Positions 16,677 through 25,903 are shown, counted from the stretch's first letter. The stretch: 64,000 bases of DNA from Gemmatimonadales bacterium (GCA_036006525.1 DASYPP010000047.1:8077-72076), one strand, 5' to 3'. The notes: a model not told the origin generated them from the letters alone. Made by a program: numbers and translations.

Positions 16677-19600
16677 GTTTCCTCGACATCATCCTGATCG
16701 TGGCCGTCGGCCTCGCCGCCATCGGGCTGGTGGCGGTCCTGGTCTGGCTGGGCTATACCACTTACCTCACCCGGCTCGAGCACCGGCTGGCCGCGCGCAA
16801 GGGGATTTATCGCGACCTGGTCGCTGGACTCGCCACCCGGGACCGCGCACTACTGGAGCCGGTGCTGCACCAGGTGCGAACCGCGCGGGACTTCGACGCA
16901 TTGGAAGCGGTGCTCGAGGAACAGGCCCGCGGCTCGGTGGAACGCCCCGAATGGCTGCTCGATGCGTACGATCGGCTCGACCTGGTGCAGAAGTACATCA
17001 GCAAGCTCCGCGACGCGAAGCAATGGCGGGAGCGCGCCTTCGCCGCCGAGCTGCTGGGCCGGGTCGGGAACGCCAAGGCGGTTCCTGTGCTCCTCGAAAC
17101 CATCCAGGCGACCAAGGCTGAGGACGCCGACGTCCGAGAGATCGCCCTTCGCGCCCTGGCCCGTATCGCGGATCCCCGCGCGGTGGAGCCGCTTTCCGAG
17201 GCGTTGAAGCGGGCCGAAGTCTGGCTCGCGCCCCGCATCGCGGATATCCTGGCCCGCCACGGCGAGGCCGCGGTCGAGCCCATGATCGCGTTCCTCGAAG
17301 AGTCGTCCCAGCATCCGGCGCGAGCCTGGGCGGCGAACATCCTGGGCGAGGTTCGCGCCGCGCGGGCCTTCCCTGCCCTGGTCCGGGCCCTCGACGACCT
17401 GGATGACGAAGTCCGGGCCAAGGCCGCCGCCTCATTGGGAAAACTGGGCGACCGGCGCGCGGTGACCTACCTGCTGGACCACCTGCTGAGCGATCCCGCC
17501 CCGTTCGTCCGGGCCCGCATCGCCGGGGCGCTGGGCCAGTTCAACGAAGCCGAAGTCATCGACACCCTGGTGCGCGCCCTGGGTGATCCGGCATGGTGGG
17601 TCCGGATGCGCAGCGTCGAAGCGCTGGAGCAGATCGGCGCCGTGTCCGAGGGACCGCTCATGCTGGCCCTCGATGACACCGATCCCGAGATCCGGATCCG
17701 CGCGGCGGTGGCGCTGGAGCGGCTCGGCATTCCCAATCGGATCATCAGCCAGATCGAAGCGGGCACCGCCTCGAACGAGGCGATCGAAACGCTCACCAAG
17801 TTCGGTCTCGCCGGCGCCCGGGAGCTCCTGGCCGAGCAACTGCAGCATCGCTCTTCCAATGTCCGCGAAGCCGTGGTCAACGCCATCCTCCAGGCCGGCC
17901 GCCGCGACCTCGCCCTCGAGTTGATCCATACCGCGCTCACCGACCCGGAACCCGAGCTCCGCGCGCTTGCCTTTGACGCGCTCCGCAACCTGGGCATCCG
18001 CGACGCCGTCCCCTCCGCGCTCGATGGCCTGGGTGACACCGACCAGCACGTCCGGACCTCGGCCATGAAACTGGTGGGTGAACTGGGCGAGGCCGAAGTC
18101 GCCAACATGATCCGGCCCCGCTCGGCCGATCCGGAACCGATGGTACGGGCGGCAGCCGCCCGCGCGCTGGGCCAGATCCAGTCCAAGGAAGTGCAGCCCG
18201 AGCTGGCCCGCCTGCTCAAGGACCCGGTATCCGAGGTCCGGGCTGCCGCCGCCGATGGAGTCGGTGACGGCGGTGGCAACTGGGCCGTTCCAGATTTGTT
18301 GAAGCTGTTGGGCGACACGGATTCCCAGGTACGAGTAAGCGCGGCACGAGCGATGGGCCGGGTGGGAACCCCGGCGATCCTTCCCGCGCTGGTCCGGTCG
18401 TTTCAGACCGGGTCTCCCGAGTTGCGCCTGGTCATCGCCGATTCGGTGGCCCAGCTGGACCCGGAAGCGCTCCCCGGCCTGCTCGACATCCTGATGGAAT
18501 TCGGCGACCCCGAGTCGCGCATCGCGGCGGTCGGCATTCTCGGCCGGACCAAGTCGCCCCGGTCGGTCGAATTGCTGGAGGTGGTCTGGCGCGACCCGGA
18601 TCCCCGGGTGCGCGCGCTGGTACTCGAGGCGCTCACCGCCTCGGGCGATACCCGGGCCGCCCGGCTCATGGTCGAGGGCCTCGGCGATCCCGACGAATCG
18701 GTGCGGGGTCGGGCGATCGAAGGGCTCGCCCGGTTCGGCCACAAGGAGCCTGCGATTCTCGAGCTGCTCAAACACGATCCCTCGGCCGCGGTGCGCGAGC
18801 GGGCGACGATTGCCACCGGCCTGCTTCGGCTGGAAGGCGGGGAAGAGACGCTGCTGGAGGTCTGTCACTCCGACCAGCCCCTCAACGTGCGGGCGGCGGC
18901 GGCGCTCGGCATCGGCGCCTATGATCACGAGAGCATCGTTGCCCAGGTGCTCCAGATGGTGGACGAGGAGCCGGTGCGGGAATACCTGCGGGACCGGCTG
19001 CAGCATGATCCGGGATATCGCCAGATCCGGCAGCGGCTCAAGGAATCCCAGCAGGTCGAGCTGCGCGCGCTGGGCAGTCTCAACCGGGAGCAGATGGAGG
19101 CCTCCCTCGTGGAAGGCATGCGCGCGGTGCTGGATCCGCGGGAACGGGTCCGCCTGGTGTCGGCGATCCATGCTTTCCAGGGCGAGCGCAGCCGGCGGGC
19201 CCTGATGTACGCCGTGCGGAGCGACCCGAGCCCGGAGGTCCGCTCGGCCGCGCTCGCCGCGGTGGCCGGATTGCTGGACCCCGATGAACTGTCGCTTGCG
19301 GCGCGCCGGGCGGTCACCGATCCCCACGCCGCGGTGCGCCGGGTCGCGGTCACCCTGTTCGCCCGGATGACGCCGGAGCAGGCGATGCCGATGCTGATTC
19401 GCATGCTCCGCACCGAGGATGAGGACCCCGTGGTGCTCCAGGCCGCGGCCCGGCACGCTGAAGCGGCTTTCAATGTCTTCGTGGACCAGACGCTGGGCCA
19501 TGGCGCCGGCAAGGAAGGGGTCGTGATCGCGCGGGTGGCTCGCTACATCTACCATCCCGATCTGGCCCGGCTGCTGGAAACTCTGGCCAAGAGTCCGGCG

Positions 19601-20155
19601 CCGGACGTGCGGCGGGAACTGGCGTTGGTGTGGCGGGACCGTCCCGAGCTGATCGCCGAGCCGGTGCTCGCCGGATTGAGCCTGGACCCCGACGCCACGG
19701 TCCGGCTGGCGTCGGCGCAGGCGTGGGCCGCCGCCAAGCGGTTTGACCGGCTGGCCGGGTTTTTCCAGGATCCCGAGCCGGAGATCCGCCGCCGGGCCGC
19801 GCTCGAGCTTCGCGCTTCCCCCGACGGTCCCGATCCAGCGCCGCTGCAGAACGATCCCGATGAGCGGGTGCGCGCCGCGGCATGGCTGGCCGAGCTGGTG
19901 CGGGGCCGCCGAACGGCGCCCCCGTCCGACGTGGGCCGGGAAACCGCGATCGCCACGCTGCGCGAGATCACCACCCCGGAGGACCTGCAGGCGACCGTGC
20001 GCACCAACCCGGACGCGGGGCAACGGCTCACCGCCGCCATCGCCCTCGCCGTACTGGGTGATCCACTGGCCCAGGAAATCGCCCGGACCGATCCGGTGGC
20101 CCAGGTGCGCGATGAAACCTCCCGGGCGCTGGAGCAGATCGGGGCGATGGTATGA
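16673..20155 (+). CDS. Membrane-anchored HEAT (PBS-lyase type) repeat protein, 1160 aa
   Basis: N-terminal TM helix IILIVAVGLAAIGLVAVLVWLGY. At least 20 repeats of D-x-x-VR-x-x-A-x-x-AL-G (for example DPEIRIRAAVALERLG, DSQVRVSAARAMGRVG). The start GTG overlaps the upstream stop. Confidence 0.85.
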   Translation: MSFLDIILIVAVGLAAIGLVAVLVWLGYTTYLTRLEHRLAARKGIYRDLVAGLATRDRALLEPVLHQVRTARDFDALEAVLEEQARGSVERPEWLLDAYDRLDLVQKYISKLRDAKQWRERAFAAELLGRVGNAKAVPVLLETIQATKAEDADVREIALRALARIADPRAVEPLSEALKRAEVWLAPRIADILARHGEAAVEPMIAFLEESSQHPARAWAANILGEVRAARAFPALVRALDDLDDEVRAKAAASLGKLGDRRAVTYLLDHLLSDPAPFVRARIAGALGQFNEAEVIDTLVRALGDPAWWVRMRSVEALEQIGAVSEGPLMLALDDTDPEIRIRAAVALERLGIPNRIISQIEAGTASNEAIETLTKFGLAGARELLAEQLQHRSSNVREAVVNAILQAGRRDLALELIHTALTDPEPELRALAFDALRNLGIRDAVPSALDGLGDTDQHVRTSAMKLVGELGEAEVANMIRPRSADPEPMVRAAAARALGQIQSKEVQPELARLLKDPVSEVRAAAADGVGDGGGNWAVPDLLKLLGDTDSQVRVSAARAMGRVGTPAILPALVRSFQTGSPELRLVIADSVAQLDPEALPGLLDILMEFGDPESRIAAVGILGRTKSPRSVELLEVVWRDPDPRVRALVLEALTASGDTRAARLMVEGLGDPDESVRGRAIEGLARFGHKEPAILELLKHDPSAAVRERATIATGLLRLEGGEETLLEVCHSDQPLNVRAAAALGIGAYDHESIVAQVLQMVDEEPVREYLRDRLQHDPGYRQIRQRLKESQQVELRALGSLNREQMEASLVEGMRAVLDPRERVRLVSAIHAFQGERSRRALMYAVRSDPSPEVRSAALAAVAGLLDPDELSLAARRAVTDPHAAVRRVAVTLFARMTPEQAMPMLIRMLRTEDEDPVVLQAAARHAEAAFNVFVDQTLGHGAGKEGVVIARVARYIYHPDLARLLETLAKSPAPDVRRELALVWRDRPELIAEPVLAGLSLDPDATVRLASAQAWAAAKRFDRLAGFFQDPEPEIRRRAALELRASPDGPDPAPLQNDPDERVRAAAWLAELVRGRRTAPPSDVGRETAIATLREITTPEDLQATVRTNPDAGQRLTAAIALAVLGDPLAQEIARTDPVAQVRDETSRALEQIGAMV

Positions 20156-21756
20156 CCCCGCGGGAAACGCTGGCCCTGGTGCTGGGGCTTGTCGGTCTCG
20201 TGCTGCAGCCCCTGTTCCTGCTGTACTTCCTGATGTACAACACCTACACAATCGCCCTCATCCTGCTGTCGGCTCGCCAGGTCCGCCGCCGGGTGGCCGG
20301 GCACTTCATCGAAGACCTGGACCTGATCGACGCCCACGACTCGACCAAGCCGATCACCATGGTGGTGCCGGCGTACAATGAAGAAGTCACCATTGTCGAT
20401 TCGATCACCAACCTGCTGCACGTGGACTACCCGCGCTTCGAAGTGGTCGTGGTGAACGACGGGTCGCAGGACCGGACCCTCGAGGTACTGAAGCAGGCCT
20501 TCCGGCTCCGGCGCACCGACCTTGCCTACCGTGACGCCATCGGCACCGCGCGGGTCCGTGCGACCTTCGAGGCGACGATCCCGCTCCCCAGGCATGTCAC
20601 CAAGCTGGTGGTCATCGACAAGGAGAATGCCGGCAAGGCGGACGCGCTGAACGCGGGCATCAACGCCTCTACCGCGCCCTACTTCGTGTCGCTCGACGCC
20701 GACTCGATCCTGGACCAGCGGGCCCTGAAGGAGCTGATGCGGGTGATCCAGGAGGACCCCCGGGTGGTCGCCGTGGGCGGCCAGGTCGCCATCGCGAACG
20801 GCTGCGCCATCCGGAACGGCCGGGTGGTGAGCGTGGGACTGCCCAGCAACCCGCTGGCCCGCTTCCAGATGGTGGAGTATCTCCGGTCCTTCACCACCGG
20901 CCGCACCGGGCTCGACAAGCTGGACGCGATCCTGATTCTCTCCGGTGTCTTTGCGGTGTTCGAAAAAGAAACCGTGATCCGGGCGGGCGGCTACCTCACC
21001 CCCTTCGTCACCCATCGTATCGTGGAGGAGTACATCGGTTCCCGCGCGGCTACCGTGTGCGAGGACATGGAGATCATCGTCCGGCTGCACCGGTTCGTGC
21101 GCGACAAGATGAAGGACAAGCGCATCGCCTTCCTGCCCCACCCGGTGGCCTGGACCGAGGTCCCCGAGCGGCTCGATTCCCTGCGCAAACAGCGGGGCCG
21201 CTGGTATCGCGGCCTCCGGGAGTCGCTGCTCTATCATCGGGACATGCTGTTCCGGAAGAAGTACGGCCGGATCGGCTGGTTTGCGCTGCCCTCGTTCTGG
21301 CTCTTCGAATACTGGGGACCGGTGATCGAGATCGGCGGCTACCTCTTCGTGACGCTCTTCCTCATCATGGAGTACCTGCTGGGGATGAACTTCCTGAACG
21401 AGGCCTATGCCGTCGCGTTCTTCCTCGCTTCACTGGGATACGGGATCCTGGTGAACCTCTTCGCGGTGCTGGTGGGCGCCTGGCGCTTCCGGTTCGGGCT
21501 GGCCGACCGGCTGCAGCGCGGCCTGCTGCCCTTCAGCCGCAAACGCGACGTGCTCATCCTCCTGGTCTACTCGGTACTGGAGACGCTGCCGTTCAGCTAT
21601 CGCCATATCACGCTCTACTGGCGGATGCGGGGATTGTGGGACGCCTGGCGGGGCAAGAAGACCTGGGAAAAATTTGCCCGGGTCGGCTTCCGGACCGAGC
21701 AGAGTTCCGCGACCGTGACGCCCCCGGTAGCGCAGCCGGGAGCCGCGCATGGCTGA
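20152..21756 (+). CDS. Processive family-2 glycosyltransferase (PgaC/IcaA/NodC-like synthase)
   Basis: VVPAYNEE, VVNDGSQD, DADSILD and QRGRWYRG (Q-x-x-RW) motifs, with N- and C-terminal TM helices. ATGA overlap with the HEAT gene. Confidence 0.85.
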   Translation: MTPRETLALVLGLVGLVLQPLFLLYFLMYNTYTIALILLSARQVRRRVAGHFIEDLDLIDAHDSTKPITMVVPAYNEEVTIVDSITNLLHVDYPRFEVVVVNDGSQDRTLEVLKQAFRLRRTDLAYRDAIGTARVRATFEATIPLPRHVTKLVVIDKENAGKADALNAGINASTAPYFVSLDADSILDQRALKELMRVIQEDPRVVAVGGQVAIANGCAIRNGRVVSVGLPSNPLARFQMVEYLRSFTTGRTGLDKLDAILILSGVFAVFEKETVIRAGGYLTPFVTHRIVEEYIGSRAATVCEDMEIIVRLHRFVRDKMKDKRIAFLPHPVAWTEVPERLDSLRKQRGRWYRGLRESLLYHRDMLFRKKYGRIGWFALPSFWLFEYWGPVIEIGGYLFVTLFLIMEYLLGMNFLNEAYAVAFFLASLGYGILVNLFAVLVGAWRFRFGLADRLQRGLLPFSRKRDVLILLVYSVLETLPFSYRHITLYWRMRGLWDAWRGKKTWEKFARVGFRTEQSSATVTPPVAQPGAAHG

Positions 21757-22795
21757 GCCCAGCGAACTCCGCGTCCTGATCGTGGACGACGACCCGGCGA
21801 TGGCGGCGCTGGCCCGGCAACTGATCAAGGGCCACGGCTATCCGGATCCCCGGGTGGTGACCTCGGGCAGCGAACTGCTGGCCAGCACCGAGCCGGCCGA
21901 CATCATCCTGCTCGATCACCAGCTGCCCGATGGAACCGGGCTGGAGCTGCTGGCCGCCCTCAAGGGCCGGGCCGGCCATCCGTCCGTCATTCTCATCACC
22001 GGGAACGGAGACGAGACCCTGGCAGCCTCCGCCTTGCGGCTGGGCGCCGAGGACTACCTGGTCAAGGATGGCTCGCTGCCCAAGCTGCTGCCTCAGGTGA
22101 TCGAGCGGGTGCGCCGGACCCGGGCGCTCCGGAGCACGCTGGTCGCCGCCGAAGCGGATCTGGTCCGGGCCGAACGGCTCGCGGCGATCGGCCAGCTGAT
22201 GGTGACGCTGCATCACGAGATCAACAACCCGCTCATGTCGGCCACGGCGGAGCTGGAACTGCTCCTGGCCAAGACCACCGGAGTCGATCACGCCGCGCTG
22301 GAGAACATCCGGAATTCGCTGGGACGGATCCGGGATGTCCTCAAGAAGGTGGGAGACCTGAGCGACTCGCGGACCACCAACTACCTCAAGGACATCGGCA
22401 TGCTGGACCTGGCGGCCGGGCAGCCGGCGTCAGCGGTGAAGCGGGGCGATGCGGTGCTCTGGGTGCACGATGAGAGCGTGGCCCGGGTGAGCGCGCTGTT
22501 GTTGCGCCATGCCGGATTCACTGCGCGCCGGGCCGGTGGCATCGAGGAGATGGTTCGGGAATCGGGGCAGCTCGGCGTCATGCTGCTGCTGATCGCCCAG
22601 CCCGTGGGAGCCGGCGCAAGGCCGATGGGAGGCTTCCGGCCGGAGAAGGATCGATTCTATACCCTGGTCGCGCTGGCGGAGGGCGATGGAGAGCCGGAGC
22701 GTAAGGCTGGGGCCGACGCCGTTATCCACCTGCCATTCGATCCGGGATCGTTCACCGAGGAGGTCTTGCGGGCGCTGGAGAAGTCGGCCGGCTGA
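21749..22795 (+). CDS. Receiver / HisKA-like / pseudo-receiver protein lacking an ATPase domain
   Basis: Canonical REC (VLIVDDD..ILLDHQLPDGTG..ITGN..VKD). H-box LHHEINNPL. C-terminal REC-like fold with Asp and Lys positions substituted. No N/G1/G2 boxes. Confidence 0.75.
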   Translation: MAEPSELRVLIVDDDPAMAALARQLIKGHGYPDPRVVTSGSELLASTEPADIILLDHQLPDGTGLELLAALKGRAGHPSVILITGNGDETLAASALRLGAEDYLVKDGSLPKLLPQVIERVRRTRALRSTLVAAEADLVRAERLAAIGQLMVTLHHEINNPLMSATAELELLLAKTTGVDHAALENIRNSLGRIRDVLKKVGDLSDSRTTNYLKDIGMLDLAAGQPASAVKRGDAVLWVHDESVARVSALLLRHAGFTARRAGGIEEMVRESGQLGVMLLLIAQPVGAGARPMGGFRPEKDRFYTLVALAEGDGEPERKAGADAVIHLPFDPGSFTEEVLRALEKSAG

Positions 22796-22808
22796 TACAC
22801 GGTTGATG

Positions 22809-22973
22809 CTAGAACCCACCGACCAGGAGTCGCCAGAAGAGGAAGGCCCCGATCGCAAAGCCCACCAGGAACGGCCCCGCCGTTGTGACGAAGCGATTCC
22901 CGCTCTCATCCGACCGGGTTACTACGCCGGTGAGCGTGTCATGATCGACCCGGAGGTCATGCACCAGGTACAC
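22809..22973 (-). CDS. Small tail-anchored membrane protein (tentative)
   Basis: High-GC3 stretch from GTG 22973. C-terminal TM helix PFLVGFAIGAFLFWRLLVGGF. Upstream codons of ORF 22809..23054 have low GC3. Confidence 0.3.
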   Translation of the reverse strand: MYLVHDLRVDHDTLTGVVTRSDESGNRFVTTAGPFLVGFAIGAFLFWRLLVGGF

Positions 22974-23172
22974 AGTCCTGGGACCAAATCTGAAATTCGA
23001 AAGACTCAGGGGGCGGCCGGCTGGGGTCAATCGGCCGGCGCATCCAGCCCGCACCGGCGGAAGACCCGGCGAGAAGAGACGCCATCAGCAAATGTGAAAT
23101 GGGTCGCATCCCGTCTCCGTGTTGAGGACACCGGAAGCTGAAGCCGCCGCGTGGCGCGGGTGTGACCTGCGG

Positions 23173-24666
23173 TCAGGGACCTGGGAGGAAGTTTTCCCGG
23201 CTGCTGATTTCCATCTCCTCCCGCGTCGCCAGCCGCGGCAGGGTGGGATCGCTTTCCCGGGCAGGCGAATAGACCGGCAGGGTGTCCGGTGGCAGCAGGT
23301 GGCGGATCGAATTGGCATAGTACTCAAGCAGCGGGCGCTGCCGGGGCAGCAGGACCAGGGTCTCGCCCTGTGCGACCACCAGCCGCCGCATACTGAACAT
23401 CCGCCAGGCCCGGTCCCACACTTCCTGAACGGGCAGCTCGCTTCGCACCACCTTGGCATTGAGCTCGCCCAGGTGGTCTCGCAGGTCGTCCATCCGCTCC
23501 AGCAGGCGGGAACGGGACACCGCGCTGCCACCGAAGGAGAGCAGCGCGGCCGCGGCGAGCGGAACCGGGGTCACCGGGACGACCGCGCCGATCCGCTCCA
23601 TCGCCAGGTCCGCCAGCTGCTGCACCCGCGAGAGCCGCTGGTATTTCTCCAGTGAGAGGACGTCGTCCGGTTGGGTCTTGAGCCAGGCCCGGACCGAAAT
23701 CGGCGTGCCGAAGTTCACCGCCGCCCGGCCGTAGCGCTGGAGCCGGCCCGAGAACAGGCGCAGCGTATTCCAGAACAGGTAGCTGACCACGCCGCCCAGC
23801 TGCCGGATCTTCGGCTCCGGCCGCCCGCCGACGATCCGCTCCCGGATCAGCGAACGATCTTCCAGCACCCGGTCGTAGTTGATGCCAACCGGCACCAGCC
23901 AGATATCCCGGTCAAACCCCGGTTCTCCCAGTGTCCGCACCATGTAATCGATGAGACCCAGCTTGGCCGGCCGGAGAGCGCCATCGCGGCTGAGGCCTCC
24001 CTCGGGGAAGATTCCCTGGGTGATTCCGTTGCGGGTGATGAGCTGGATGTAGCGTTCCAGCACCGCGTGATAGAGCGGCTCCCGGTAACGCCGCCGGATG
24101 AAGTAGCTGCCGAAGCTCTTGAAGACGTACTCCAGCGGCCAGGTCCGGGCCCATTCGCCCACGGCGTAGCTGATGCTCACCACCCGGGCCAGCACGTAGG
24201 CGACCACCACGTAGTCCGCGTTGCTGCGGTGGTTCATCACGTAGAGGACGACGTCGTTCCGGGGAATCGCGTCGAGCGCGGGCCGGTCCTGGTATTCGAT
24301 CGAGGCCTTGTAGAGCAGGTTCAGCAGCAGGCGGGAGAGATTGTAGCCCAGCTTGTAGTAGGAGAGAACATTGAAGAACGGGACGATCTCGTCGATGTAC
24401 TCTTCGACCTTCCCGAGAACCTTGTCCTGCGCCATCCCGTGCGCCACGCCGTGCGCCGCCGCGGCCTCGAGCACCACCGGGTCCCGCATCAATTCCGCCT
24501 TCACCACCTTCCGATCCACCAGCTTGTAGCGTTCGAGCCGGGCCCGGAAGCGGAGCACTTCGCGACGGGCGCTCTGGCGCAGCCATTGTCTGCCGAGCAG
24601 CACACCAGGCACGAGGAGGGCTGTTACACCAATCGAATAGAGAGCCCAGGAAGGCAGATCAGACAA
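23173..24666 (-). CDS. PlsB-like glycerol-3-phosphate / lysophospholipid acyltransferase
   Basis: HX4D motif (NHRSNAD) and FPEGGLSRDG motif. Confidence 0.75.
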   Translation of the reverse strand: MSDLPSWALYSIGVTALLVPGVLLGRQWLRQSARREVLRFRARLERYKLVDRKVVKAELMRDPVVLEAAAAHGVAHGMAQDKVLGKVEEYIDEIVPFFNVLSYYKLGYNLSRLLLNLLYKASIEYQDRPALDAIPRNDVVLYVMNHRSNADYVVVAYVLARVVSISYAVGEWARTWPLEYVFKSFGSYFIRRRYREPLYHAVLERYIQLITRNGITQGIFPEGGLSRDGALRPAKLGLIDYMVRTLGEPGFDRDIWLVPVGINYDRVLEDRSLIRERIVGGRPEPKIRQLGGVVSYLFWNTLRLFSGRLQRYGRAAVNFGTPISVRAWLKTQPDDVLSLEKYQRLSRVQQLADLAMERIGAVVPVTPVPLAAAALLSFGGSAVSRSRLLERMDDLRDHLGELNAKVVRSELPVQEVWDRAWRMFSMRRLVVAQGETLVLLPRQRPLLEYYANSIRHLLPPDTLPVYSPARESDPTLPRLATREEMEISSRENFLPGP

Positions 24667-24727
24667 TGGGTGGCTCGTGTGGCTCGGAGAGCGTGCAGCG
24701 GCCTTGACGGTGCCAGGCTGCTTCGAT

Positions 24728-24813
24728 GCGCATCAACGCAAAGGCGCCAAGACGCGAAGAAAGACAATCATCCTGTTTTTGCTTTGCGCCTCCGCGTCTT
24801 CGCGTTGATGCGG
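24728..24813. repeat. Oligomer-tandem palindrome (AAGGCGCC / CTTTGCGC units)
   Basis: GCGCATCAACGCAAAGGCGCCAAGACGCGAAGAAAG ... GCTTTGCGCCTCCGCGTCTTCGCGTTGATGCGG. Confidence 0.7.
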
Positions 24814-24853
24814 TTAGAAGCGCGATACCATGACGCGAGCCGACACACTCCAA

Positions 24854-25903
24854 TCACCCCTGGCTGGCCACCTGCCCCGGGATCGATTCTCTCTTGGCCT
24901 GCTGGAACGCCATTCCCTTGAGCCGCGCGATCCGCTGGTTCATTGGCGGGTGAGAGGCAAGGAAGTCCGCCAGCTTTCCTTCCTTGTTGTTGAGGGCCCG
25001 GGCCGAGGGGTCCACGATGCAGAGGTGAGCGGCGCCCTGGGTGATGGACTTGGTGGGTTCCTTCGCGGCCTCCAGCTTTTCCAGCGCGGTGGCCAGCGCC
25101 TGCGGGTTCCGGGTGAATTGCGCCGAAGAGGCGTCGGCCAGGTATTCTCGCTTGCGGCTCACGGCCATCGCCAGGATCCGGGAGATGATCGGTGCCAGGA
25201 TCAGGGTAATGACCCACAGCACCAGGATGAGAATCGCGAGCTGGTTGCCCCCGCCCTTCTTGCTGCCGCCACCGCGGCCGCCGCCGCTCGCGAGGGCGCG
25301 GCCTCCGCCCCGGCCCAGCATCCGGCCCATGCCGTCCGACATCAGCGCGATCGCGCCGACCATGGCGGCGAGCAGGGTCATCAGCCGCACGTCGAGGTTG
25401 CTGATATGCGCCATCTCGTGCGCGATCACCGCCTGGAGCTCATCCCGGTTGAGCGTGGTGAGCAGCCCCTCGGTGACCGCGATGTTGGCGTGCTGCTGGT
25501 CGAGCCCGGTGGCAAAGGCATTGGGATCGGAATCCGGAACCACCCAGATCCTGGGGCGCGGCAACCCGGAGGCGATGGCCATCTCTTCGACCACGTTGAC
25601 CAGCTGCTTCTGCTCCGGCGTGGCCGGCTCGATGATCTCCCAGGCCCCGGCGGCCCACAATACCCGGGCCGGACCCTTCTTGAAGGAGTACCAGCAGATG
25701 CCCAGTCCCACGGCCGTCAGGATCAGGCCGATGATGGGAATGGTATGATGGTAGGACTGGGCCGGCGCATCCCGGGTCAGCAGATAAAAGCCCAGGTCGC
25801 CGCCGAAGCCGACCCAGGCAAAGAAGAGGATGAAACCAAAGACCAGCCAGCGGGTGCGCTTGCGGTTGGCGTCTTGTTGTGCGAAGAGATTGGGGGCAGT
25901 CAT
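24854..25903 (-). CDS. M48-family (HtpX-like) zinc metalloprotease
   Basis: HEXXH (AHEMAHI), 4 TM helices, and partnership with LemA. Start taken at ATG 25903 (MTAPNLF..). Confidence 0.8.
   Translation of the reverse strand: MTAPNLFAQQDANRKRTRWLVFGFILFFAWVGFGGDLGFYLLTRDAPAQSYHHTIPIIGLILTAVGLGICWYSFKKGPARVLWAAGAWEIIEPATPEQKQLVNVVEEMAIASGLPRPRIWVVPDSDPNAFATGLDQQHANIAVTEGLLTTLNRDELQAVIAHEMAHISNLDVRLMTLLAAMVGAIALMSDGMGRMLGRGGGRALASGGGRGGGSKKGGGNQLAILILVLWVITLILAPIISRILAMAVSRKREYLADASSAQFTRNPQALATALEKLEAAKEPTKSITQGAAHLCIVDPSARALNNKEGKLADFLASHPPMNQRIARLKGMAFQQAKRESIPGQVASQG

Noticed and set aside
17432-20251. 939-aa ORF on the - strand, plus the 562-aa ORF 19549..21237, antisense to the HEAT and GT2 genes.
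   Set aside because: The products are Arg/Gly/Pro/His-rich with no motifs. The + strand frames show HEAT periodicity and GT2 catalytic motifs. Long antisense ORFs are expected in high-GC DNA because stop codons are rare.
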